From: Puccinia triticina
Taxonomy: Eukaryota
Length of the DNA: 64,000 nucleotides
Assembly: GCA_026914245.1 (NCBI GenBank)
Contig: CP110440.1
Span: forward strand, 1,488,001 to 1,552,000
Direction: 5' to 3'
Part shown: positions 37,089 through 50,562 of the stretch, in pieces
Layout: every line of letters starts with the position of its first letter
Position numbering within the stretch: the stretch's first letter is position 1
Notes under the pieces: generated by a model
Databases searched by the model: none
Seen by the model: only the letters and a program-made list of their open reading frames with translations
What the model was told of the DNA's origin: nothing
Translations under genes and position numbers: made by a program

Positions 37089-39634
37089 TAAGGTTCCGAT
37101 CCGGACCCCGATGATCCGGTGATACCCGACCGGATACCGGGTCGGGTCGGGTCACGGGATGGGTCCAGAGATACCCGGTATCCGGTCGGGTATTTCTGTA
37201 TACTTAGGAGAGGGGCAGAGGAGAGACATTGTTCGCCTTCAATCCTCTGCTGCAACATGGCAGCGGAACCTCTCAAAAGAGAGGACTTTTTGACTACTTT
37301 GTTTGCAAAGACAACTGATATATGAAAGAAAAAAAGCTACAAAGTTGGTAATTTGATGGTATCGACATCAATGATGGCTTCAGCTAGCCAGTCTTTTAGA
37401 CAGATCAGGGACTCAAGAGTTTCGACTTTCATCCGATTTCGTGTATAGTCCTGGATGTATCGACCGGCAGAGAAAGCTCTCTCGGTTGGAGCACTGGATG
37501 CAGGTACCGAGAGGTATGTTCGAGCCATTGTCGCAAGGGTTGGAAACTGTTCGGAGTGCGTTTTCCAGAAGACTAGAGGATCGCAAGATTCCTCTTCGCA
37601 TTCAGAGCTCAGATAGTAATCGACCTCTTCATCCAGCAACGACATCTTTTGTTTCTTTTTTTTGAAAAGGCTAGACTTCAATGTGTTCTTAGGCGCTGTT
37701 CCGGAAGGTTCGTCTGTTATGTGGTCTTTGTTGTATCTGTTATTCATGTACTTCTTGGCTTCACTCCAAAAGTCGTCGATAATTGATTTCCTGCTGCAAG
37801 TCATCATTGCAAGGACTTCTGGAGAAAGGATGTCCATCTTGATGCGTGGGTCAAGCAAAGTTGAGCATAGATAAACAGGTTTGTTGATTGCTGAATTGAA
37901 ATATCCCTTCAGCTTGTCGAGCATATCTTGTGCGGCCGGAATCAGTCCCTGAGCGCCATATTTCTTAGAAGCCTATACGTTAGGAAAAGTTTGACAAGTA
38001 CAATGATTATTAATACTGATACAAGCTTAGACGAGATTGAAAAGAGTCGTACCTCTGTAAGCTTTTCCATCAAACAAATGTATACCGGTGCTGCAAGGAC
38101 CAAAGTCGGAGTTTTTTCGGGCGAGATTGTATCTGTTGCTTCTTCAAGAGGCTCCAAGAAATTACAGAGTAGCTTGACTTTATCCCATTCCCCTGGTGTA
38201 AGGTCGTACTTCTCACTCAAGTTGTGGGCTTCGCAAAATTCCGCAATACAAGCTCGAAGACTATATGCCCTCCTGAGCATGTGAAACGTCGAATTCCATT
38301 GGGTCGCTACATCATCAATCATCGATAATTTTTTCCCCATCAAGCGAATAGTGATGTCTAAGAATGCAGCTTTTTTTTGAGGGGAGCGCTTTAAGAAGGT
38401 TGTGAGGCTGCTGATTCGAGAAACAACGCTTTTGAATTCTATCGGATCTGCCACTGGTTCATCATTGAGGATGCTTGATAGTCCCTGCGGAACTTCGGGT
38501 GGTGGTGGCGGTGGTTGGGAGAGAGATTTTATTCCTGCTTGCGCGGCGAGGTTGATCACATGCGCCATACAACCAAGCATACAATTTTGACTATTGAACT
38601 GAATTTGAGTCGATATATAGGAGCTCATTGTGCTGTTGTTTGTCGCATTGTCGGCTGTGATACAGAATACCTTATTGGTAATGTCAAAAGACTTCAGCAC
38701 CTCTATTAAGTGCTTTCCTAGATTAACTCCAGCGTGAGTTCCATCAACAATCCAAGCAGCTAAGACAATCGACCAAAGAGAAAAATTCTTGTCAATCCAG
38801 TGTGCTGTTACTCCTAGGATTGATTGGTTGCTAGGGGACGTCCAGGTGTCGCAGGTTAGGCTGATTTGGGACTTGATTCCGCGGAGCTGTTCGCAGAGGA
38901 CTTGTTGTCCCTGTTGAAAGGTTAGCTGAATGAACGAAGCCAATGTGTCTGCAGTACAAATAAGATTTTTTGTTTCTGGGTTGCAGAGTCGAAGGAGCTC
39001 GCGAAATTCCTCGTCTTCGATAACAATATAAGGAATGTTACAGTTGATGAAAAAGCGGGCAACTGTGGCAGTCAAGGAGTTGCGGTTGAGTTTCGTTGGT
39101 AATTTCCCTTTTTTCAAGAACTTCGTGATTGCACCGGTATCCAATTTTCCTTTGTGTATTTTATGGCAGCGGTCCAAGTGATTGATCATACTTTTGGTTG
39201 ATCCCTTCCCGTCGACGGCAAGCTTTTTAAGGCATAAGTCTCTACCTCCGGGAGTCTTGTTGACCTGGCACACGTTGAAAGACGCATCGTTCGTGGTAGT
39301 CGTCTTGAAATATTGCCAAACCCAGCTTTTCTTGCCGGAAGCTTTGGGTTCAGCATCAACTGGCCGCGTTCTTGGTTCGTCTTCCGAGGCTGAATCGATC
39401 TCAATGGGTGCAGAGTCACTAGCGGCGCGTTTGGGGGCCATTTCTGGGTCGTGGAAGCAATGGTCAAGCGTTAATTCACGCAGAAGAGCTCAGATTCCCA
39501 CCAAACACACCTCAGAGCCTCGAAATCACAATTTTTGGGGATATCCGCCGGGTACCCGGTGTCGGGTCCGGATACGCCGGGTTCGGATCTCGGGAAGGCA
39601 ATACCCGAACCCGGGGCACCGGATCGGAACCTTA
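37089..39634 (-). mobile_element. hAT DNA transposon
   Basis: Perfect 16-bp TIR TAAGGTTCCGATCCGG; 8-bp TSD ATTGGAAC (37081-37088, 39635-39642). Confidence 0.98.
37337..39441 (-). CDS. hAT transposase (2 exons, intron ~37973-38051)
   Basis: BED finger (SWVWQYF, C...C, H...H), CDTWTS, TADNA, CMAH, QWNST, dimerisation domain with PASSAPTERAFS. Confidence 0.93.
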
Positions 39635-42600
39635 ATTGGAACGCATACTGAAGACCCTACCTATCTACTTGTTTCATGTAGATTTGATTAACACACTCAT
39701 TCCAGCTCAAGGTGTGACGACATTGAAATCACTAAGGCAAGCAGCTGGTCAGCAGTTTTTCAATTACGTCCAAGGCCTTATTGCAAATCCACTCATGGGA
39801 AAAGATAAACATCAAAAGGGCACACTAGTCTTATACAGAATGGATGTAGGTACAACTTCCAACATTCCTGCCTTTTATTGGACTATCATAGCAAAATGGA
39901 TTAGTTTCTCAAGACCTTTATTAGCACCTTTAGTTTTCATTCGGGATAAGCCAGGAGAATTACTACTTAGTTTCAAGTACTTCATTGGCTAAATCTTTGT
40001 TGGTTATATGGAAACGTTAGACCACAAGCCAAAGGTTGAATCTCATACCATTCCTCATGATGTTGATATGCCTCAGCGGTCTGAAATGGACTCACATCCT
40101 CTGGATGTTGTCCATAGTTCACGGCCGGAATTGGGACCCATTTCTCATGATATTGCCTCGCGTTCGTCACCTGAATTGGATTGGTTTCAAGATAACATCT
40201 ACTTTGACGATAGCCCAGGGCCGGAAATTGGAACCCCTCCCATTCCCGATGGTGCCAACACGCATCCACCACTTGTTCAACAAGAGCAGCCAAACAACCT
40301 GAACAAACTTCAAAACTCAGGAAGAAAAAGAAAGAAAAACTTCAGTCCTTTTGAAATTGTCGACTGCGAGCGGCCAGCGGAAAGTGAAAGACGAATTATC
40401 TGCGAAGCAATCCGAAGTATCAAGCAAACCGACGGGTCCAGATTAATCAATAATGAACATGAAGACGAATACCAGATTCTTACGATAAAGGAGGATCAAA
40501 TTTCCCAGTTTCTTTCTCAAGTGGTGCAGAAAAAAAGAAGCAAACACCACCTTCATTGATTTGGTATGGCCAAGCTACTAGATTTTACACAGGAACAGTA
40601 TTCCCAAGTGCAAAAAAAAAGAAGGCAGCGTGCTTTGTCACGATTCAAACGTGAAGCCAACACAAGAAAGCTAAAATTGTATGTACTCTACACAGATCCT
40701 GTCATCTCTGTGTTCAAAGATTCTATACTTGATCTTAAAGAAAGAATCAAAACCAAATACTCTCGCACACAGGCATCATACTTACTGAAAGAATTGCAAT
40801 GCATCCTGAAGACACTACCTATCTACTTGTTTCACGTAGATTTGATCAACACACTCATTCCAGCTCAAGGTGTGACTACATTGGAATCACAAAGGCAAGA
40901 AGCTGGTCAGCAGTTTTTCGAGTACGTCCAGGGCCTTATTCCAAATCTACACATTGCAAAAGATACATTTCAAAAGGGCTGGTTTGTATTATACAGAGTA
41001 AATTTAGCTATAATCTACAACCTTCCTGGGTTTTATTGGACCATCATAGCAAAATGGATTAGTTTCTCAAGACCTTCACTAGCAAATTTAGTTTTCACTC
41101 ACAATAAGCCAGGGCAATTACTACCTAGTTTCAAGTACTTCATCAGTGAAATCTTTACTGGTTACATAGATTCCTTTGACCACCTGCCCTTAATTGCTGT
41201 TGAGTATAAATCAAAACTACCTTTTAGAAGATCCAGACAGACATAATTCAAATCTCATCAATAAACTTCTATACAAAATCCAAAAAAAAATCTATCATTT
41301 CCTCTCCCTCATGCAAAGAAAAGAAGAAGGAAAATAAGTATGTCACTGGCACTGATCTTCATTTGGATTGTGGATGTCTCTGATAGCTATGTCTTACAGA
41401 AAACTGTTGGATCTGATGCTAAGTGCAATGTCCACCGGGCATCAAGCGTGTGCAGCCTTGTCAGCTGGGAGGAATGTTGCCTGGCCAGCAAGTTTATGTA
41501 GCCTCATCAACCTGGAGGCAATGATGGGCCTCTACACTACGCTATTTGAGCACTACGCGTTAGCATAGCGGCATTTTTTTTGGCCAGTGATCTGCAGTGT
41601 TAGCGGGATTTCACTGCGCTAAAAATAAGCTGTATTGTAGGTTTTTGTTTCTGTGCTAACACTAAAAAATGTGTTATCACAGAAAAGAAATTCCTGCAAT
41701 AACCACCATGAAACAAGTTATGTGAATAGGTGTCAGGTGACATGCAGTAACATGTGTTGAAAGTCCAGTGGTACTCCAACAATACACCCTTGAATAACAA
41801 TGGCCCCTTTGTAATCATCAGGGGGTTTCAACAATTATTTCCTGGGAATAAGGTTGGAATAAAGGCTGGAATTAACTTCACTTCACCTGACAACTAGCCC
41901 CCTCATTTCTTTTGCGGTGAACGGTTAACGTAGCAGGTTGGCCACTAGCAGATTTTTTCCCTCCCAGTAGTGTACTACTGGAATGAAATCCCCGCTACGC
42001 TAGGGCGGGAGGAACCGGGCAGACACCAGAAGCTAGTTTTTCCCTGTACTTGCGTTACTACAGGAACCAAACTGGGCTGTCATTTCTCCCCAGTTTCATT
42101 CCTGTATGTAGTTGCGCAGGGACAAAACTGGTCTATTTCTGCCCAGTTTTGTTCTCATCACCAGGAAAAATAAATTGTCACTGGACTACAGGTGATATCA
42201 GCCTAAGTCCACTGAGCTGCCCACCAGCTGCACAGTTGGCCGCATGTACAGCCCCCTGTAGGAAACAAAGGGGCCATTGTAGCCTAGTTGTGGTAGTTCC
42301 AGAGCTGGAAAAAAGTGACAGCCATTGTTGCTTGATGTCACCTGATGTCTGGTGACAATTGATTTTTCCTGGTGCATGCAGCATTAGCATAGACAAATGC
42401 TACTCTAACAGTTAGTGCAGCTTTTTTCTATGCTAATGCTATCTATAGTAAATTGCGGTGCCAGAACCTGTCAAAAAACAACTGCCAGCACTTACTTTGC
42501 CCATTTTTTTCTTTTTGAGTAGTGTTAGCGGGAAAATCTGGCTGCTAACAATAGCACCACCGTAGTGTTGCATAAAAAAGCTGACACTATACTACGCCAG

Positions 42601-44640
42601 CACTAATGTTAGCGTAGCAGTCCCTTTGTGCCCCCAGTGGGCAAGGCTCAAGCAGATTGTACAACCTTGTTGCCCTGGTGAAATCTCTCCCTGTTGTAGA
42701 GACTGTATACAATCATATTGACCAGGAGGGACTCTTCCCATCCAGCAATGCCAGGGACCCAAACCCGCAATGTGTTTTGTGCTGTTGGTTCAGAAATCTT
42801 GATTTGACCTTGATTGGAACCTATTTGTCTGTCAGGGTCTTACAAATCACAAGTGGCTGAAGTTGTATGATCTTGGAGATGTTATTACGTGCACTAAGTA
42901 TGAAAACTTCACCGTTACATAGTCATAAACGATTACTGAACACTCCTACTTCAATGATCCGAGTTACAGAATCATAATTGGCTTTCTGACGCATTGTCTC
43001 TGCATCTATGCCTGTGGTGGGGCACGTGAGGTTCTGTGGGCATTCTTTTTGACTGCTCAGGGCCCAAATTTCTTCAGTTGCGCATTTCTTTTGTCCTGGT
43101 TTACATTTCCTGTTCTGTGTGAATGTTCATTGTTAGCCACAGTGGGGCTTGCTAGAAACACACATTGAGATAATACTGACGAGACAGCTATTGTCATGAT
43201 GTATGTTTCATTTTGTTTTTGTAAACGATAGGCAAGAAGTAGATCTGAGCAGGTCACTCCTCGCCTGAAGCTTTGCCGGAGGGACTTATGCTAAGGTCAG
43301 TTCACGCAACACGGCAGACGAAATTTCCGTGATGTTGAATTTTGGGCACTACTGAGGATGAGGTGCTATGTACATTGCATCAAAGTCAAAGAACAGCCAA
43401 ATTGTGAGGAAATCTTGATCTCCTCACGCCGTGCGTGCCATATAAAAGGTAGGAGAGCTTGTTTGAGTTCAAATTGAGATCGATCTATGCGAATTTGCCC
43501 GCAGCATGGCCGGCTTTGGTGTTCCTGAAGTGGTTATCGGCGTCGGCCCATTTAATGACTCCGTAACCTATCAACGGACCAGATGGAGGGCCGAAGCAAA
43601 TTATTCTTCAGTCAAGCGTCTTCCAAACAAATACAAATCGGGGTTTCGTGTCTGCAACATCGTGAGACTAGAAAAAAAAAGCGGGCAGCTTACCGATACC
43701 AAAAGGGACGATCCAGTAGGGCACTTGGGCAGCCAATCTCCGGTAGCCCTGGAACAGATAGCCTTGGAAGGCGTTTTTCATCGGGCTTTGACGGTAAGGT
43801 GATAGGGCTGGGATGGGTTCCAGAAATGTTCAGTCGCAGTCTCAGTCTATCTCCCCTCACCCCGAAGGAGACGGCAAAGCGATGGACCAGGGGAGCCCGG
43901 TACGTACAGTATTCTACAATCCCTTTCTGCTTGGGACCTCCCATGTTTCCCCACCATCCCATCTGTTTGTGTTACATCGCAATCGTTGTGTTGGGAGGCG
44001 GCAGTTAGTTGACTTATTTATCCTCTCGCCCAATTACTAGTGAGAAATAAACAAGAGTGAAGATAACCTACATATTTCTTGCCTAGAAGGAACCGGCAGG
44101 TGATTCAGTATTCAGATGGATGTTTGCGCAGGGTGTAAGCCTCGGTATTGTTAGGGTGACAATTCCAGCTTTGATGTGATGACGAACCTGTTGGCATTCC
44201 CGAGTGATTTACGTTTGAGGGGATCATTGTTGCTTGTTCAGGTTAGTTGATTCGATGAAGCTTTCGATAGATGTTGATGTTGTTCCTTGTCGGTGGATTC
44301 ATGCACTGACTGGAGCGACCAGTGAGATAGTGACGGGCCGCGCTCGGGTCCACAATTCGGGTCGAAACCCGCCCCGGCCGCCTCGATTGCCGGAGCGGGC
44401 CGGGTCAGCGATTTCCAGGCCTCCATTGTGGATTGCCTTTCCCGTGCTGACTCATCGACCCGGACCCCGGTGAAACCCGCTTTCTTCCGACGTCCGAGGC
44501 CCTCCCCCGAGCTGAAGAGACCCACAACCAGATATCCCGGATTGGAAGCCTTCTGATTCGTCCCTCCCTCCCACCCCCCTCCCTTCAACCACCATCCTGA
44601 TAAGCCCTAGCATCGCCCTCCAAACACCAAACACTCTACC

Positions 44641-45413
44641 ATGGGCAAGAAAGGTCAGTAAACTGTCTTCTCGCCATCGAATCTTATCTCTCGACTTGTA
44701 TTTGTCCGCTCAGGCTGCTTCTCGCTGATCATATCATCTTCCCATCTGCACCCACGAAGATTCTGGAGCCGAAGGCGACGCAGCCATTGGTGCCAAACTA
44801 TTCAACCAACGTTGTGCAACATGCCACACAGTTGACGAATGCGCACCCCACAAAGTCAGTCCGCAAGACTCAATCATCTTTTCAATTTACCGCCCCTGCT
44901 GACCCTTCACCTTACTTCGCCACTATTCCCACCAAACCAGGTCGGACCCAACCTGCATGGTCTTTTGTGAGTCATTACTTTCTACCTTGTCCCATCTGTC
45001 GCTCTAGGGGATGGCTTCTCACCCACTGCTCCATTGTTAACAGTGGCCGTAAGACCGGACAAGCCCCCGGTTACAATTACACCGAAGCCAACATAAAGAA
45101 AGGTATCACATGGTCCGAAGAGACTCTTATGGAGTACCTGATCGACCCCAAGAAGGTAAGCTGACTTCTCAAGTCAAACATCTATTGTACGATCCTTGCA
45201 GCGCTGGACTCTCAATGTATTGAGTATTTTAACCTTTTCCATCACCATAGTACATTCCTGGAACCAAGATGGCTTTCGCTGGCTTGAAGAAGGAGAAAGA
45301 ACGTAAGTCACCGGTTCCTCTCCAGCGAGTAACGGACGACCACGCGTCTGACATACCTTTCATCATCAATAGGTGCCAACATCGTTGCTTACCTGAAGAA
45401 AGCCACCTGCTAA
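44641..45413 (+). CDS. CYC1: cytochrome c (multi-exon)
   Basis: [15 protein letters not shown] (CxxCH), [40 protein letters not shown]. Confidence 0.96.
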
Positions 45414-46589
45414 TAAGTTCTTCATCAAGCATAGACACGCTGAATCGTTGGTCAAGACAACATTCAGTGCTTACGACTCGCTGCTTCACTGTAGCATTCT
45501 TTTAGTTCATTGTGTCTTGTTTCTTGTTTCTCCCCCTCACCGCGAAACACCTTTTCCTTCCCCCCTTTTGTTGTCCTAGACTTGAGCTTGCTATCGGGCT
45601 TCAGGATAATTAAAAATTGAAAACATCCCCACTCAGACTTAATTTTACCAACAATGGCTTTGCCCCATATCTGCTTCGATAAGACTAGATGCCTTGCGCG
45701 CCGGAACGGAATCAACTTGTTTGCCAATGCTTTCCAGTCCATTCGTTACCCAGCAAATTTTGCCCACTTCTGCGCCGGTTCCGGCCGCTGTTTTCAACCA
45801 GGCTGGTTTTCCTGACCAGAGTTACAGCTGATGACTTATTTGACCTGGAGCTGGAAAAGCCTACTCCAACAACTGGAGCAGATATTGAAGCTCAAGTCAT
45901 GCATTAGATTGTCATGCATTTGATTTCTTGGTGAGGATCAGTTGAATAAACAGAAACTCCCCGACATTGCTCCACGAGTCTTTCAGAAGAGGTTGTTATG
46001 ACTAGGGCCCCATTTGGCAGTGTCAGTATTATTTCTAGGTGTCAGTTTGATTATGCGCAATTCATTAAACAAAAGCAAATCCATTCCACAAAACAAGCAT
46101 CCTGCTTTCATTATGAGCAAAGTGAACAGCTGATATGATCAACATTGTCATCAGATCAAATTGGTTTGGACATCTTCAGCGCCATAATACTAATAGCAAT
46201 ATTATGATTTTCAGTCTTGACCAATGTAAAGTGTGATATGTATCTTTTGGGGTACTGAAGATGACAAGGCACATCAATTTTGATCACGATATTGATGATT
46301 CAATTTTAAGTAATCAAATGCTATTTTGAAGAGTTCATATTTTCATTTCATCACTAGTGCACCCATCTATGACGGTGCCGAATAGGGCCTACATTACTTG
46401 CTCCCAAACCAAAGGAAATCGTGTATTTTTTTGGCCCGAACCCAGGAAGCCAGCTGAGCAGGGCTGGGTGGGTTGACCTTGAGCTGGGGTCAAGTGCCGT
46501 CAAGCTTGACCTTGAGAATACAACGGCAAGCTGCATTGGCCACTAGTTTAAGAATCAACAGATTAATGCACTCCAAGAGTCTGAGAACA

Positions 46590-47578
46590 TCATCGACCGC
46601 GACCTCTATCTGAACCCCTACCCCTTCCGCGATCTGAATTTCCCCTACCGCCGCCTCGATTCGTGCCAGGACCACCTCTGTTAGAATTTGAGAAACCTCG
46701 ACCACCCGAGCCACCCCTGCCACCACGCTCGTTAGTCTGATTACCCCCTCTTGACGTTCGGTTTTGTTGTCTATATGCATCTTCTTGCTGTTTCACTTGA
46801 TCGATCACATTATCTGTCACTCGAATATACTTTATCTGTCAGGTTCAATGTTATTTTATATAAAGAAAGAAAGACTGAGTTTCATGTCACTCGAATTCAT
46901 TTTCGAACGGAGAGAAGAGGAATCATGGACGAAAGTAAAATTATTTTGTTTCTTTTAAAAAAAACAGGGCCATCGAAAAATAGCTTACCGTATTTCCTCG
47001 AATATAGCATTCTGGCAGCTTCCAAAACTGTTCACCATTCTGATAATCGACCAACATTGATAAAAAAAACCAGCCATTAATCGGTTAGAAATCACGTGGA
47101 GAAGTTTGGTGTTTTTGCCTCCAGCAGATGCCGAAGAATAAATAAAAGAAGTCAATATGAACATAACTGACTGCACTTGTTTGATAGACCTCCCTCATTG
47201 TCAGATTCATGAAGTTATCTAGACCCGACACGTCGATTTGACATCAAAAAAGAAAAAATCCGAAACGCGTTACCCCACGTAACCGAGCCAATTATTGATT
47301 CATGGCAAAGGAACGTCAACTAGTTAGTGGCATGAACCAAAATATCCGAATAACAATATGGATAGAAAATAATCGTGGGTGCAACGAACTGACCACATTG
47401 AATTAGATGTCCATTAAAGGTTTCTCCGTTTTTTAGCTCGACCAGCATAGGTTTTCCTTGGGCGCCATGTAGTAGTGCAAGCGGAAGCTGTATGACGAAT
47501 CGGAGGAGATGCGATCGTTTATGTTTGTCAGAAATTACGCCTTTCAGCAAGCGCTTGAAGAGGACATGGACTGACCAT
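46590..47578 (-). CDS. LSM4: U6 snRNA-associated Sm-like protein LSm4
   Basis: ATG-only first exon; [49 protein letters not shown]-rich tail. Confidence 0.95.
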
Positions 47579-48974
47579 TAGGTTGGATTAGTTATTTAAT
47601 TCGTCAAATGGTCCGCCGTGTTTGATTTCCCTTCGATTTCCCGATGTCTATCGTGTGAACTTTGGGTGGTTGAATCCCCCAGCTTACATAACCATCTCGA
47701 ATGGGAGCGGGGTCCGGGGGCGGACCCCCGCGCCCCAACATGTGGATAAATGCGTGCGCTCTGCGAACATCCGGCGCGTTGCCACGCTGACGCAGCTGCT
47801 GCGAAGCGGGAAGAGCTTGAATCAATTGCCATCGGCAAGATTCCTATTTCGTATGGTGGAGGCTGTTCGGATGAGGACTCGTCCAGCGCGGCGGTGCGCA
47901 CAAGATAAGGAAACAATCCAAGAATGGTTACCTCTCAAGAGGTCGGCCCAGCGGTATAAATTAATGACGCGATATAGAAAGGTTGCATCTGGAGAACTCA
48001 GTCTCTGGTTTAGGGAAAAGGCTCCTCCTAAGCATGGTAGGGCTTCCGTGTGACTTTCGGTGTACTTTTTATGGCGTGTAGAGGACGGTTTCATCTGAGG
48101 AAGAAGCAAAGCTGCCTCTTGCAGGGTGATTTGGGGTGCTGTGAATCTGATGTCCCGGTTCTGTGGCCCTCTATACGCCGGAATAGGCTATCAGCCCATT
48201 CTCTTTCATTGCCGCTCTCGGCTTGTCCTGTTAAAAATACCTTCGTATCTGTTTTCCCTCTATTATCTGATTGTATCTGTCCCGACGGATACAGACCGCA
48301 GATGGTCTGCGTCCTTACATCTCTCCTTCTTATCGCGGCCATCTTGCCTACTCTTGTCCTACTATTATCGGCCGTATGGCATAGCATCCTTCTCTTTTCT
48401 CGTGGATCTTGTAGAACCTTTTGTTCCCATGAGTCTTGCACTAGCCTACATCGATGCAGCAGCTGAGCCCAGCGGCCCCTGATCAATATATAAGGCCCTC
48501 TCATTCTGCCCCAGGGCTACCCGTCCCTCCAATCCATCTCCTCACCCTCTCCTTGTCTTCCACCACAGTTTCTCGCTCAGCTCACACGCGGCTCTTGTTC
48601 CTTCAAACACATTCGAGCCACAAACTATTGCCTCTATGGCCAAATTCTTTGCACAAGTTTTTCATCCCGACACAGACCTAGCCCTTACCCCCCCTCTCCC
48701 CTTTCCTTTAAGCTAGCTTGCGATTTTTTTACCGCGGTCAGCTCACTCGCGTTTTGGAGTTCAACAGTGCATGCATTGTACCTGGCTAGGATCCTTGAAG
48801 GAAGCACCTGGAGATTCAACGACATTCAGATCGCAACATGGCCAAACTTCAGTCAGAACAGGTAATGCTTGACTACATTTTTGATTTCTCAAGACACAAA
48901 CCCTCAGACAGGGCTAACATCCCATCTGCTCGGTACTTGCTGAAAAGCCGCTTAACTGGATTAGAAAGATTGAG

Positions 48975-49565
48975 AAAGCAGTGTGCACTTCAACACCCGC
49001 AAGCGGCCTTCGGTTCCCGAGATTTGATATGCCTGAGTTGGTCGATGAAGTGAAGAACCCCCTCCAGGCTGCACACACACCTCGTTGGGTTGTTTGATTG
49101 ACCGGCACCATGGTGACGGGAAGACGCACACTTTTTTTTGCGGACGATTGAACATCCCAGCGAAGCGGGCAGCCTAGAGTTGGTCCTTCATTTTATCGAT
49201 CAACTCAGGCCCGCCGTAATCTTGTGAGCATGGGTGGCCGCTTCACCGTGGAAGCACCCGCCCCTGATTGATAAAGCAGTGTGTACCTCAACACGCGCCA
49301 GCGGCCTTCGGTTCCCGAGATTTGGCGTGCCTGAGACGGTCGATAAAGTGAAGAACCCACTCCAGGCTGCACACACACCTCGCTGGGTTGTTTGATTGCC
49401 CGGCACCATGGTGGCGGGAAGCCGCACACTCTGTTTATTGCGGACAATTGAACATCCTAGCGAAGCGGGCAGCCTGGAGTTGGTCCTTCATTTTATTGAT
49501 CAGCTCAGGCCCGCCATAAACTTGTGAGCTTGGGCGGCCGCTTGACCGCGGAAGTCCCCGCTCCC
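48975..49565 (+). repeat. two ~299-bp tandem units, each a long imperfect hairpin (possible ncRNA)
   Basis: Units start at AAAGCAGTGTG, 48975 and 49273; stems span 49031-49210 and 49329-49510. Confidence 0.85.
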
Positions 49566-50562
49566 TTCTCAATCTTTCTCCCGCACTTAGCCAGCTTTTG
49601 ATAATCTCTTATGCCATTTGATTCTGATACTTCTCTCGGGACTTGTTAATCGGAGACAGCTTCCAAGTTTCTAGTCAACTTGTGAGAAGACTTGGTTCCA
49701 CAGTGCAACTTCCATTTCACTCGTTCCTGTTCACTACCAGTACCTAGTACCATATTTCAATTATTTCATTCGACGTCTATTCTTTTTTTTCGCGTTGATC
49801 GTGAGTCTGTTGATAACAGTCGGACTGTCTGATGGGAGTGCTACAAGTACACGTGCCTAGTCCCATGACCATTCCAATTGCCAGTACAATGTTGCAAGCG
49901 CCATGAATGTGATTGCTGCCACAGCACTTTGAAGTGAATGTGCCTGCTACCACAGTATTTGAATTTGACCGGATGCTGACAAAAGCAGAGAGACACTCAA
50001 AGGCCCTTGATGACTGTTAGATTCTTAAATACGTTTATCTACATGCCATTCTTGTAAATCCTCTCAACAGGGCACTGCAACAATTCACGCGATATCCTGT
50101 GCGGCCAACTGTTTTGGCTCAGAGCAACTCCACCGCGGGCGCTAAACCGGGTCGCTATCCCATATCGGCCCAGTCTTGGGTTTAGCGCCCCGCTCGCCGA
50201 AACGACCTTCGACCGGGGGATGCATTTGACGCGCTATCCACCTCGGGCTGAAGCTCGGGAGCGAGTGGGTTGCTACTCTTGGAGCCTCGATGTCTACCAA
50301 TGGCACAGCAGCTCGGGGAGGCAAAGCTGGTAGCAGAGGCTGCATCCGCGAGTTTTGCCTGCCCGATTTTAGCGTCCGCGGTGCAGTCGCTCTCAGTACT
50401 GCGTCCAATATGGAAGTGCTAGTAAAAATGGATCATTAATTGGGTTCAAAGCCATTCATAACCCTCGGGAATTCGGCGGGTGGGGACAAAAATCGGCTTC
50501 ATTCTCTCGCCAACATGCTAACTCGGGTATGCTGAGAAGAATCGGGCTCGAATGAGGGGGGC

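Larger units (their letters stand above)
35987..41246 (+). pseudogene. two-module paralog of the 29878 protein, disrupted by a hAT insertion and two stops
   Basis: After removing the hAT plus one TSD (2554 bp), ORFs 35987, 39636, 40008 and 40566 fall in one frame (~901 codons) with stops at 39990 and 40557. Confidence 0.85.

Noticed and set aside
43506..44040. Small ORFs after a TATA-like motif (43441)
   Set aside because: No recognisable family; could be a small gene but I cannot support it.
49320..49345. TPP riboswitch (GCGTGC-CTGAGA)
   Set aside because: The downstream ATACC and TGATC...GGATAATGCC elements are absent, and the motif is not kept in unit 1.
49545..49565. RNase MRP P4-like GGAAGTCCCCG
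   Set aside because: No matching CR-V found nearby by eye and unit 1 differs; left to an Rfam search.
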